Notes under the pieces: model-generated
Databases searched by the model: none
What the model was told of the DNA's origin: nothing
What the model saw: the letters and a program-made list of their open reading frames with translations, nothing else
DNA from: a virus
Taxonomy: Duplodnaviria; Caudoviricetes
Length of the DNA: 64,000 bases
Reading direction: 5' to 3' (one strand)
IMG/VR virus record: IMGVR_UViG_3300032236_001024
Span: 32,001-96,000 of that record
Made by a program: the position numbers and the translations under genes
In this document: piece by piece, positions 1 through 8,985 of the stretch
How positions within the stretch are numbered: the first letter of the stretch is position 1
Layout: each line of letters starts with the position of its first letter

Positions 1-1
1 T

Positions 2-505
2 CTTTTATCTAAAATATCTATAATTAGAAATTATATGAATTCGCATGATAAATTTTATTCTTATGTTGTGAAAGAAGGCGAACGCCCAGATATTGTTGCC
101 TATAAACAATATAAGGATTCGTCTTTGGATTGGATAATTTATATTACAAATGATATAATCGATCCTTATACCGGATGGGTTATGGACAGAACAGATTTTA
201 TTAATTACTTGGAAGACAAATATAATGTAAAGGCAGAAAAACTAACTTCTGTTTCTATACCTTCATCAATTGCATACTATTATTACCAAGGATTGCCTTC
301 TGATACTGAAGAAGAAATAGCTAGTTATAATTATACAATGACCGCAGAAACTTATGAAATGTTAGGAAGTCCTTCTGGATGGGCTGCGAAAAGCATTTAT
401 GATTATGAGAATGAAAAAAACGAAGCAAAGAGAACAATAAAAATTCTCCGTCAAGGTTATATTAATGACTTCAAAAAACAATTTAAAGATTTAATTAATG
501 GCTAA
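2..505 (+). CDS. gp53: Baseplate wedge subunit, T4 gp53-like (5'-truncated; frame open from position 2, upstream of the ATG at 35)
   Basis: FYSYVVKEGERPDIVAYKQY...LDWIIYITNDIIDPY..W matches the gp53/LysM-like pattern; the in-frame upstream sequence reads LLSKISIIRNY with no stop. Confidence 0.85.
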   Translation, partial: LLSKISIIRNYMNSHDKFYSYVVKEGERPDIVAYKQYKDSSLDWIIYITNDIIDPYTGWVMDRTDFINYLEDKYNVKAEKLTSVSIPSSIAYYYYQGLPSDTEEEIASYNYTMTAETYEMLGSPSGWAAKSIYDYENEKNEAKRTIKILRQGYINDFKKQFKDLING

Positions 506-1862
506 TTTAAATCCCCTTGAAATAAGATTATCAAAAATTACCATCACAAAATTTGATGGTTCTGATAGACTTGATTTGATTCCTCAATTTGTCGAATTGT
601 CTGTTTATCAATCCATATTTGAACCTGTGATGAGAGCAGAACTTCTATTGAATGATAACATTGGACTATTTGTTAACTATCCATTCACTGGTGAAGAAGT
701 TTTAGATATAGAATATCAACAACTTACTGATATTGGTGCTGGCGAATTAGATTCAAAAAGTTTGCAATTTATCATTAAAGGAGTAAGAGAAACTACTTTA
801 GATGATAGAGCAAGAGCCGTAATGTTTATTGTCGATCTTGTCAGTGTAGAATTTCTTCAAAACGTAAGAAAAATGGTATCACATGCCTACAACGATCTTG
901 TAGAAAAGATGGCAGAACAAGTATACGACAATTATATCAAGGAAGACACTGATAACAAATTTAAAAAGACAAAAAAATTTACAAAAGAAGAATCTAAAAA
1001 AGTTAGAAGTTTGATTGTTCCTAATCTCAGACCATTTCAAGCTATTCAATGGTTGGCAAAACAAGCTGTGGCTAAAGATACTGATAAAAATTTTCTTTAT
1101 CTTTTTTATGAAGATAATGAAGGATTTAATTTTGTTACCATTCAAAAACTCATCGAAGATGCTCTGAAAGATGCTAAAAATATTGAGGCTGAAAAATACA
1201 AATATATTTCTGATCATGAAATCGAAGATTTGCAAAATGATGATCAGAAATACGCTTTAAAGTTAATTTCAAATATTATAAACAATAAACGTTTCTCGTC
1301 AATAGAAAAGATTGCTGGAGGTTATTTTCAAAATGAACTTTTTGAAATAAGTTTACTTCAAAAAAGTTATAATAGCACTCCTGCAGAACTTCAAAAAGAA
1401 GAATCTAAAGATAATCATTTGGGAGCATATCCACTCAATACGGATGGGTATATAGATTACGTTAAAAATCAAAAAGAAAAAACGGAATATTCAAATCGTA
1501 TTCGTTATTTAATTAATAATTATGAAGATTTGGAAGAAGGTAATAGAACACAACCTCAATATCGTTCAAAATTTGGTAATGCTACTAAATATCTATATGC
1601 TCTAAACCAATTAGATTACACCATTACTGTTCCTGCAAACATGAAATTGAAGGCTGGTCAGATAATTTATTGTGATATTCCAGAAATGCACGGATTTAAT
1701 GAAGTCAATCAAGACAAATATGTTTCTGGGTTTTTTATTATTACAGAAGTAAAACAAGTCATGAGTTTTGGAAATAAGGTGGCTACATCATTAAGAATAA
1801 ACAAAGACGGATATTTAAGCAAATTGGATAAAACTACTTACAACCTTGGAACAGCACAATAA
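498..1862 (+). CDS. Baseplate hub protein, gp27/late-control-D-like
   Basis: LSVYQSIFEPVMRAELLLND..G...PFTGEE N-terminus and TVPANMKLKAGQIIYCDIP...SGFFIITEV C-terminus; lies between gp53 and gp5. Confidence 0.7.
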   Translation: MANLNPLEIRLSKITITKFDGSDRLDLIPQFVELSVYQSIFEPVMRAELLLNDNIGLFVNYPFTGEEVLDIEYQQLTDIGAGELDSKSLQFIIKGVRETTLDDRARAVMFIVDLVSVEFLQNVRKMVSHAYNDLVEKMAEQVYDNYIKEDTDNKFKKTKKFTKEESKKVRSLIVPNLRPFQAIQWLAKQAVAKDTDKNFLYLFYEDNEGFNFVTIQKLIEDALKDAKNIEAEKYKYISDHEIEDLQNDDQKYALKLISNIINNKRFSSIEKIAGGYFQNELFEISLLQKSYNSTPAELQKEESKDNHLGAYPLNTDGYIDYVKNQKEKTEYSNRIRYLINNYEDLEEGNRTQPQYRSKFGNATKYLYALNQLDYTITVPANMKLKAGQIIYCDIPEMHGFNEVNQDKYVSGFFIITEVKQVMSFGNKVATSLRINKDGYLSKLDKTTYNLGTAQ

Positions 1863-2821
1863 TGATGATGGATGATTTTTATGGCGATAAATTTAGATGG
1901 TTTGTTGGCGTTGTCAAAGACATTGGCGACGACAGATCACGAGTACGTGTTAGAATATTTGGTATTCATCATACTGAAGATGTGACTAAAGTATCTGATG
2001 GCGATCTTCCTTGGGCTCTTGTTTTATATCCAACGACTGGCGGTCAGACAACTGCAGGGAATGCTAGTCATAATTTAATGCCGGGAGCTTGGGTAGTAGG
2101 GTTTTTCTGTGATGGAATTGATTCGCAACAGCCAATAGTGTTTGGAGTAATCAATGGTGGTATGGAATCAATAAACTCCTCACCAAAACAAAACACAAAT
2201 GTAAATCCATTGTCGCCAAATCAATCTTCTTCAACTCCTTCTTCTACCGTAAATGATTCTACAGGAAGTCCAACAACCACACAATTGAGTGGTGATAGTA
2301 ATGTCCAGAAAGTTTATAACTATTTTTGGGAAAAAATAAAGCAAGAAGGTAAAGTTACTGGCGATTTAAAATGTATTGTAGCTGCTATTTGTGGTAACTT
2401 ACAAGGAGAATCTGGGCAAAGTATTGACCCCCAAGCCTATAATGGTAACGACAAAGGCGAACCATCATATGGAATTGCTCAGTGGAGAGCAGGTAAATAT
2501 GATAGATATACTCCTTTATTAAAGTTTTGTGGGATAACTGCTGAAGTAAAACCACCCAATCTTCCTCCTCTTGAGAAGCAATTAGATTTTATGTGGCACG
2601 AACTACAAACATCAGAAAGATCAGCATATAATAAATTGATTACTTCCACGACTATTCAAGATGCTGTAGCTGGAATGATTTATTTTGAAAGAGATGATTC
2701 TTATAAAAAAATTAGTGGCGGATGGACTGTTGATAGAAAAGCTAGTAGTTACACTAGAAAATTAGAAAATGCAAGAAAAATACTTTCTTCTTTATCATTT
2801 ACAGGAACTCCTTCATCATGA
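1862..2821 (+). CDS. gp5: gp5 N-terminal part: OB-fold plus phage-tail-lysozyme (Phage_lysozyme2-like) domain
   Basis: FRWFVGVVKDIGD..RVRVRIFGIH...LPWA...P..GAWVVGFFCDG..SQQPIVFG is the gp5 OB fold; Ser/Thr/Pro linker; AAICGNLQGES (Glu codon 2408-2410), SYGIAQWR, QLDFMWHELQTSE, YFER match tail lysozyme. Confidence 0.85.
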   Translation: MMMDDFYGDKFRWFVGVVKDIGDDRSRVRVRIFGIHHTEDVTKVSDGDLPWALVLYPTTGGQTTAGNASHNLMPGAWVVGFFCDGIDSQQPIVFGVINGGMESINSSPKQNTNVNPLSPNQSSSTPSSTVNDSTGSPTTTQLSGDSNVQKVYNYFWEKIKQEGKVTGDLKCIVAAICGNLQGESGQSIDPQAYNGNDKGEPSYGIAQWRAGKYDRYTPLLKFCGITAEVKPPNLPPLEKQLDFMWHELQTSERSAYNKLITSTTIQDAVAGMIYFERDDSYKKISGGWTVDRKASSYTRKLENARKILSSLSFTGTPSS

Positions 2822-3198
2822 ATTTAATGTCAACTTCCGCTCTCACATTTTATAAAAATTTAACTTTTAATTTCTCGAATACATTGAGAAATGAGTCAAT
2901 AAATTTAGAAGACTATGCGTCTAGCGGATATGTAATAGATATTAATGGGGAAATATATTCATCTGGTTCAGTTGGGGGTGATTCAGCAACAGTCATTATT
3001 ATTGGTGGGTCTGATAGGTTTATCAATGAAAAAGCAAATAGACTTGAATCTACATTTTACATGAGTGAACCTCAAAAGCTAACTCTATATAAAGTTATAA
3101 GAGAACTTTCAATGAAAATTGATAGTGCAAATATAACCAGCGATAACGATAAATTGGAACAATCATTATGCGCTCTCTACAGAAATTATTGTGGGTAA
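2818..3198 (+). CDS. Small protein resembling a degenerate T7-lysozyme/Amidase_2 fold
   Basis: GYVIDINGEIY...ATVIIIGG...MSEPQKLTLYKVIRELSMK parallels HY(V/I)I..DG.IE.GR...SIG(I/V)C(L/V)GG...T..Q...L..L; the ORF contains no His; ATGA-coupled to upstream gene. Confidence 0.5.
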   Translation: MNLMSTSALTFYKNLTFNFSNTLRNESINLEDYASSGYVIDINGEIYSSGSVGGDSATVIIIGGSDRFINEKANRLESTFYMSEPQKLTLYKVIRELSMKIDSANITSDNDKLEQSLCALYRNYCG

Positions 3199-3201
3199 TA
3201 A

Positions 3202-5292
3202 ATGTCAATAGATAAATTTACAGATAATCCAGAATATGTTAAGAAAATTACTAACAGAGATGGTTCTGGATTAAGTAAGAGTGTTGCTCCTCAACATATT
3301 GATGGAACTGGCAATCCTATTCCTTACTATGAAGTATCCGTAAAAGAAAAACCTGGTCATGCTTCTGATACAACTATTACTCATACAGGACCAGGTGCTG
3401 GCGTATCAACAGGCATAGGAAAATCTACAGACATGCAAGGATTCGTTTCCACTACAGGAAACAGAATCATGTTGGACAATACTTTTGGTTCTGACACTAT
3501 TGTTCTGCAGCATCATTCAGGCGCAACTATAATGATTGACGCTGACGGTTCAATCCATATGATATCTTCTGGTAAAAAAGGTGTTGGTATGGTGGCTCCA
3601 AAAGGAGACGGAACTGTATATGCCAAAAATCATCTTATTCTCAAAGCAGATGGTAAACTAACAATCGAAACAGATGGTGATCTTGATATTAATGTTGGTG
3701 GCGCACTTTCTCTCCATGTTAAAGGTGATATGCACACATATGTTGAAGGATCAATTGAAGAATTTACAGATGGGGCTAAAGTAACTGAAGTTGTCAAGGA
3801 TATGAGTCATACAGTTGGTGGTGACAACAGAATAACCGTTGCTGGTAACATGCACACGCAAGTTACTGGACAAAAAGAAATTGATGTTGGTAAAGATACT
3901 TTTATTCGTTCTGACAAGAATACACTCATCGCAACTCAAGAAACCATGAAGATTATGTCTATTGGTGACATGAGCCATGATACAAAAGCTAAGTTTACGA
4001 CAAAATCAGAAGATGATATGACGCATGAGACCAAAGCAAACTATGCTGTAAAGATCGAAGGTGACGCAACTTTTGATAATAAAGGAACCAATACACTTAA
4101 ATCAGATGGCAATATATCAATCAATACTCAAGGAATGGTATTAGCTAAAGCTGCTGATGCAGTCAGTATAGAAACTCAAGACAATTTTGATCTTAAAGCT
4201 ACTGGCGATACAAAGTTATCAGTTGGTGGAGATTTTAATATTGATACAGATGGTGATCTTATCACTAAATCTGGTGGAGCAACTAGTATTGAAACTCAAG
4301 GAACATTTGACGCAAAATCTGAAGATGATATGAAATTATCATCTGGTGCAATCATGTCAATACAATCAACTGGTGTTGCAGATTTTAGATCATCATCGAC
4401 TGATATTGATGCTGGCGATCCTTCACCTTCTTCACCAAATAGTCCGTCTCCTTTAGAACCAAATGAGGCTGATCCAGCAAACGATACTTCGGATATTAAG
4501 GAGGCACCAAAGGCGCAATATCCACCAGCTGAAACTATTGTAGATAATATGACTACTATTCGTGAGGCTCCAGATTTTCCAAAGAATGCTAAGAGAATGT
4601 CTAAAGGCGAATTCTCACTTTATAAAAATGAAGGAAATACACCAAATCCAAAAGCAGAGGAAGCAGCTTCACCAAATCAAGGTGCAGGCGCACCACCAGT
4701 TATTTCAGGTGGCGACATGGGAGAACCTCAAGCAATTGGAGCTTATGATAAATCTTCGTCTGTATCAAATTCATTTATGGCAGAAAAAAATCCATTGCCA
4801 ATGCCAGCATCTATCTATAATACCAATGAAAAAATATCAAAGCATGTAACTGTTGGTCAAATACTAGGATTGCGTTCAGTTCCTGTTGGAGAACAAAAAG
4901 CTATTATAACAGAAGCAATGCATGTGGCATGGAATATTATTGATCCTCTTATTGAAAAATATGGCGCAAGAGTACAAATAACATCTTGGTATAGAAGTAA
5001 CTCAGGTAATCATGCTAAGGGCGGGGCTGTAGATTTACGTTGTTCTAATAAAAATGATGTACAGACAACATCAGAAATAGCAGCATTCGTGAGAGATAAT
5101 CTTCCATACAGTAAGATTTTGTTAGAAAAAAATGATAGCCCAGGAATTCATGTTCATGTGGAATCTGCACAAGCAGGAAATGCTGGTGGAGGAACAGTAA
5201 TAACATGTTCTGATCCAAAATGCGAATCTAGTGTTTCTGGAATACAGTTACAGTATGCAGTTGCAGCATTAGAAGGAAGAACATATGGCTAG
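3202..5292 (+). CDS. gp5: gp5 C-terminal part: beta-helix spike repeats, Pro/Ser linker, C-terminal peptidase M15 (Zn D-Ala-D-Ala type) domain
   Basis: TGNRIMLDNT.G...I.L.HHSG..I.ID.DG; 8-residue TVGGDNRI/TVAGNMHT repeats (~3600-4400); VQITSWYRS..GNHAKGGAVDL...GIHVHV M15 Zn motifs (~4970-5160). Confidence 0.8.
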   Translation: MSIDKFTDNPEYVKKITNRDGSGLSKSVAPQHIDGTGNPIPYYEVSVKEKPGHASDTTITHTGPGAGVSTGIGKSTDMQGFVSTTGNRIMLDNTFGSDTIVLQHHSGATIMIDADGSIHMISSGKKGVGMVAPKGDGTVYAKNHLILKADGKLTIETDGDLDINVGGALSLHVKGDMHTYVEGSIEEFTDGAKVTEVVKDMSHTVGGDNRITVAGNMHTQVTGQKEIDVGKDTFIRSDKNTLIATQETMKIMSIGDMSHDTKAKFTTKSEDDMTHETKANYAVKIEGDATFDNKGTNTLKSDGNISINTQGMVLAKAADAVSIETQDNFDLKATGDTKLSVGGDFNIDTDGDLITKSGGATSIETQGTFDAKSEDDMKLSSGAIMSIQSTGVADFRSSSTDIDAGDPSPSSPNSPSPLEPNEADPANDTSDIKEAPKAQYPPAETIVDNMTTIREAPDFPKNAKRMSKGEFSLYKNEGNTPNPKAEEAASPNQGAGAPPVISGGDMGEPQAIGAYDKSSSVSNSFMAEKNPLPMPASIYNTNEKISKHVTVGQILGLRSVPVGEQKAIITEAMHVAWNIIDPLIEKYGARVQITSWYRSNSGNHAKGGAVDLRCSNKNDVQTTSEIAAFVRDNLPYSKILLEKNDSPGIHVHVESAQAGNAGGGTVITCSDPKCESSVSGIQLQYAVAALEGRTYG

Positions 5293-6796
5293 TTCATGGG
5301 ATTCAAATGGCAATTCAACTGGAGAAACATCAAATCCAGATATGAACAAAGATACGGCTGCGTATACACAAGTAGGTATGTATAACAACCCAGGTTTCTT
5401 TGGTGATCAATCTATGAAAAATTCTAATGCTGCATTTAATAAAGCAGTTGATATGAGTTCTTCAGTTTCTGGGTTTGGTTCATATTTACAACAACAAAAA
5501 GCACCTTCAAATTATCAAAGAACACCAACAAATTATCTTCTTGTTGATAGAGAAAAAGATGCAATTGCTATAAAATCAAAAGAATTGGCTACATATGGCG
5601 TTGTTCCTGTAGATGTTTTGACTCATTTCTTTTATATTTTAGCTGCGATAGAAAATCAAACAGATATGATTCATATTGCAAAAGTTGTTGGAATACCAGA
5701 ATTGGAAAGCAACATATACATCCGTAATATTATCAAGGTTCTTGGAATAAAAGATATTTACAAGGTAGGATATTTGGCTAATGGAGTATCGTCTGTAATC
5801 AATACTTTTGCGTATAAGTATGCAAATGCTTCTACAGCTTCAAATCCATATAATACAAGTTTTGGTGATGTTGCACAAGCACAAGATTTGGCAAGATCGT
5901 TAGGAATACTTGGTCCCATACTAGTATCTGCAGCTACTAATTTGAACAGCGACACCAGTATTTTGAGAAATACCCCAAATATTTCCTCTTCTGCTATTAA
6001 TCAAACTATAAATTACGCTTTAAAATTGGCATCTGGTTCTTCTACAGGTCTTTCGCCATCTGCATTGACAAATCCATCATCAAATATTGGTCAACTGGCG
6101 TCTAAAGTTGGTTCTACTGTAATTAAAAGTTTATTAAGTTCTCCATCTCTTGGAGGATCATTAAATTCTTTTGGAAGTATGGGATCAGTTGCAGCTGGAC
6201 CATTATTAGAACAAGTTGGTGGGTTTGCAATAGGAAACTTTATGTCTGAGCTTATAACTGGCAAGAGAATACCAACACAAAAAATTGCCAATAATCCTTC
6301 TCTCAGACCACCATCATATCAGGGTAAAGCATTCTTTGGCGAAACACCATGTGCTCTTCCAGCTGTAGATCAATTATTTTGTAGAAAAGTAGGATCATTC
6401 GGCAATGCTGCTGGTGGTAGTGGCACGGATTCGTTTGGTATGCAAAATTTTGCTTCGTATGGCGGAACATCTGATATATCTTCGGTAATCACAAGAATGG
6501 TTTCAGGATCGTCAAATATACCAAGTCCAACTACGTATTATGGGCAAAACATGAACCAGATGATTAGTAATGTCTGTAATGTTTTAAATGTACCAACCAA
6601 TTCTTCAATTGAAATGAGAAGATCAGACAACTCAATTCCATTTTTCATTGGATTGAGTGCAGCTATTGCTGGCGAATCCTTTAGTCCATTTGGTTCAAAA
6701 CCTATTTCTGAAGGATGGAAACTAGCTTCATCAACATCAAACGATATTCAAAGATATAATCCACAATACCTCAACGCATGTAGAACATCATTATAA
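5285..6796 (+). CDS. Hypothetical 503-aa Ser/Gly/Asn-rich protein, probably virion-associated
   Basis: Long ORF overlapping the gp5-C stop and followed by gp25; no motif recognised. Confidence 0.6.
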   Translation: MASSWDSNGNSTGETSNPDMNKDTAAYTQVGMYNNPGFFGDQSMKNSNAAFNKAVDMSSSVSGFGSYLQQQKAPSNYQRTPTNYLLVDREKDAIAIKSKELATYGVVPVDVLTHFFYILAAIENQTDMIHIAKVVGIPELESNIYIRNIIKVLGIKDIYKVGYLANGVSSVINTFAYKYANASTASNPYNTSFGDVAQAQDLARSLGILGPILVSAATNLNSDTSILRNTPNISSSAINQTINYALKLASGSSTGLSPSALTNPSSNIGQLASKVGSTVIKSLLSSPSLGGSLNSFGSMGSVAAGPLLEQVGGFAIGNFMSELITGKRIPTQKIANNPSLRPPSYQGKAFFGETPCALPAVDQLFCRKVGSFGNAAGGSGTDSFGMQNFASYGGTSDISSVITRMVSGSSNIPSPTTYYGQNMNQMISNVCNVLNVPTNSSIEMRRSDNSIPFFIGLSAAIAGESFSPFGSKPISEGWKLASSTSNDIQRYNPQYLNACRTSL

Positions 6797-6799
6797 ATA
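6792..6799 (+). promoter_or_regulatory. T4-type late promoter TATAAATA upstream of gp25
   Basis: Exact gp55-sigma consensus 5 nt before the gp25 ATG (6805). Confidence 0.75.
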
Positions 6800-6804
6800 A
6801 TAAA

Positions 6805-7194
6805 ATGACAACACAAAACATTTATTCGGACCTCACTACTAATTTTACGACACATCCAATTAAGGGTGATCTAATCTTATTGTCTAATGCAGATGCAGTG
6901 AAGCGTTCTATTATCAATCTGATGTATACAGAACCATATGAAAGATTTTTTAGCCCAAATATTGGGGCTGGTTTAAAATCATATTTGTTTGAAAATATCA
7001 GTCAAGATACTGAATTTATGATAAAAGAAAAAATAAAAGAAGTCATAACTAATTTTGAACCAAGAGCAAATTTGATAAATGTTTCTGTGAAAGCCGTTCC
7101 CGATCAAAATTTATATACTGCTTCTATTGTGTTTTCTATAGTTAATAGTATTAATCCAATAACTCTAGAAGTTATATTACAAAGAGTAAGGTAA
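6805..7194 (+). CDS. gp25: Baseplate wedge subunit gp25
   Basis: YSDL...F..HP..GDL..L.NADAVKRSI.NL..TEPYERFF.PN.G..L..YLFE...I...ITNFEPRA. Confidence 0.92.
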   Translation: MTTQNIYSDLTTNFTTHPIKGDLILLSNADAVKRSIINLMYTEPYERFFSPNIGAGLKSYLFENISQDTEFMIKEKIKEVITNFEPRANLINVSVKAVPDQNLYTASIVFSIVNSINPITLEVILQRVR

Positions 7195-8984
7195 TGGCAA
7201 ATACAGGTTTTCTTTCAGTATCTGATGCTAGTTTTGATGGGATCAAACAGAACCTAAAAAACTTTCTAAAAGGCAAAACTGAATTTCAAGACTATAATTT
7301 TGAAGGTTCAAACCTTAACGCTATGTTAGATGTTCTTTCATATAACACTTATATGAATTCATTTTATCTGAACATGGTCGGAAGCGAAATGTTTCTCGAT
7401 ACAGCACAAATGAGACAGTCTGCAGTTTCACATGCAAAAGAATTGAATTATTTACCAAGATCAAGAACATCTGCCAGAGCTTTAGTGACCATGACTATTA
7501 ATACTGGAACAGACATTCCTTCATTTTTAGTAGTCCCAGAAAATTATACTTTAAGAGCAACTATAGATCAGAAGAATCTTGATTTTACCACAGACGAAGA
7601 TATATTGGTATTCAATAACAATGGTGTTTATTCTACTGGTCCAATATATGTATATGAAGGTAAAATTGTAACAGAATATTTTACAGTTGTTGATTCTAGT
7701 ACAAAATATATTTTACAATCTGAAAATATTGATACAAATAGTATTAAAGTTACTATTATAAATTCAGATACAGATTCCTCAAATACTGCATATTCATACA
7801 CCGAAAGTCTTTTAGGATTGACTTCTGCATCAGAAGTCTATTTCTTACAAGGATATGGAGAAAATCAATATGAGATTGTATTTGGTGATGGAATTTCTGG
7901 GAAGAAATTGACCAATGGAAATATAGTAAAAGTAAAATATAGATCAACTAATGGTGAATTAGGTAACAGAGTTTCCAATTTTTCTGTTACAAGAAAGATA
8001 GATGATCTTTATAATGTTTCTGTCTCTACTAATGTTGTAGCAACAGATGGGTCTGAAAGAGAAGAAACAGAGTCTATTAAATTCTATTCACCTAGACATT
8101 TTGCTACTCAAAATAGAGCAGTAATAAAAGAAGATTACATAACACTTATTAGAAATAAGTTTCCTCAGATTAAAACTTTGGGTGTATATGGAGGTGAGAA
8201 CGCCGATCCACCTCAATACGGAAAAGTTATTATAACACCAATTCCATATGGGTCAATACCTTTTGTCTCTTCTCAGTTAAAACAATCTATAATTGATTAT
8301 TTGATGACAAAAACATTAACTACAGAGCCTATAATACGTGACCCAGAATATCTTTATCTTAAGATATCTACCAATGTTTCTTATAATCCAACTTTGACTG
8401 AAAAAACTTCAAATCAATTGATATCGGATATCACACAAAAAATTCAAAATTATGATAGTTTATATTTGACTGAATTTGGAAATGATTTTAGAAAATCAAA
8501 ATTATCATCTATGATAGATTCTGTCGATGGATCGATAGTAAGTAATGATACAATTATTAGAATGATTTATAAAATTACACCTGTTCAGGGTATTTCACAG
8601 AGGTATGATTTCTCATTCTCAAATCCTCTATATAGACCATTTTTAGTTGCGTATCAATCTTCAGAAGAAGAAGTAATACAAAGTAATACATTCTCATATG
8701 TTAAGAATGACTACTTGTACGAAAATGTACTCATAACAGATGATGGCATGGGTAATTTAAGAATTTGTTATACTTATGCTGGTGCTAGAGTTGTTCTTGT
8801 AGATTCTATCGGCACTGTGGATTATGCTACTGGTAAAATGTCATTTGACATTAATCCATATAGCTATAACCAGTCGATAGATTTTTATGCAATTCCAAAT
8901 ACAGCAGATATTACAGTAAATGAAAGTAAATTCTTAAGAATAGATTATAGCAAAATTGTTGTTCTCATGAATCCAGTAGCATAA
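7194..8984 (+). CDS. gp6: Baseplate wedge subunit gp6
   Basis: FDGIKQNLKNFL...FQDYNFEGSNLNAMLDVLSYNTYMNSFY.NM...EMFLDTAQMRQSAVSHAKELNYLPRS; YEIVFGDGISG; QNRAV..EDY. Confidence 0.93.
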   Translation: MANTGFLSVSDASFDGIKQNLKNFLKGKTEFQDYNFEGSNLNAMLDVLSYNTYMNSFYLNMVGSEMFLDTAQMRQSAVSHAKELNYLPRSRTSARALVTMTINTGTDIPSFLVVPENYTLRATIDQKNLDFTTDEDILVFNNNGVYSTGPIYVYEGKIVTEYFTVVDSSTKYILQSENIDTNSIKVTIINSDTDSSNTAYSYTESLLGLTSASEVYFLQGYGENQYEIVFGDGISGKKLTNGNIVKVKYRSTNGELGNRVSNFSVTRKIDDLYNVSVSTNVVATDGSEREETESIKFYSPRHFATQNRAVIKEDYITLIRNKFPQIKTLGVYGGENADPPQYGKVIITPIPYGSIPFVSSQLKQSIIDYLMTKTLTTEPIIRDPEYLYLKISTNVSYNPTLTEKTSNQLISDITQKIQNYDSLYLTEFGNDFRKSKLSSMIDSVDGSIVSNDTIIRMIYKITPVQGISQRYDFSFSNPLYRPFLVAYQSSEEEVIQSNTFSYVKNDYLYENVLITDDGMGNLRICYTYAGARVVLVDSIGTVDYATGKMSFDINPYSYNQSIDFYAIPNTADITVNESKFLRIDYSKIVVLMNPVA

Positions 8985-8985
8985 A

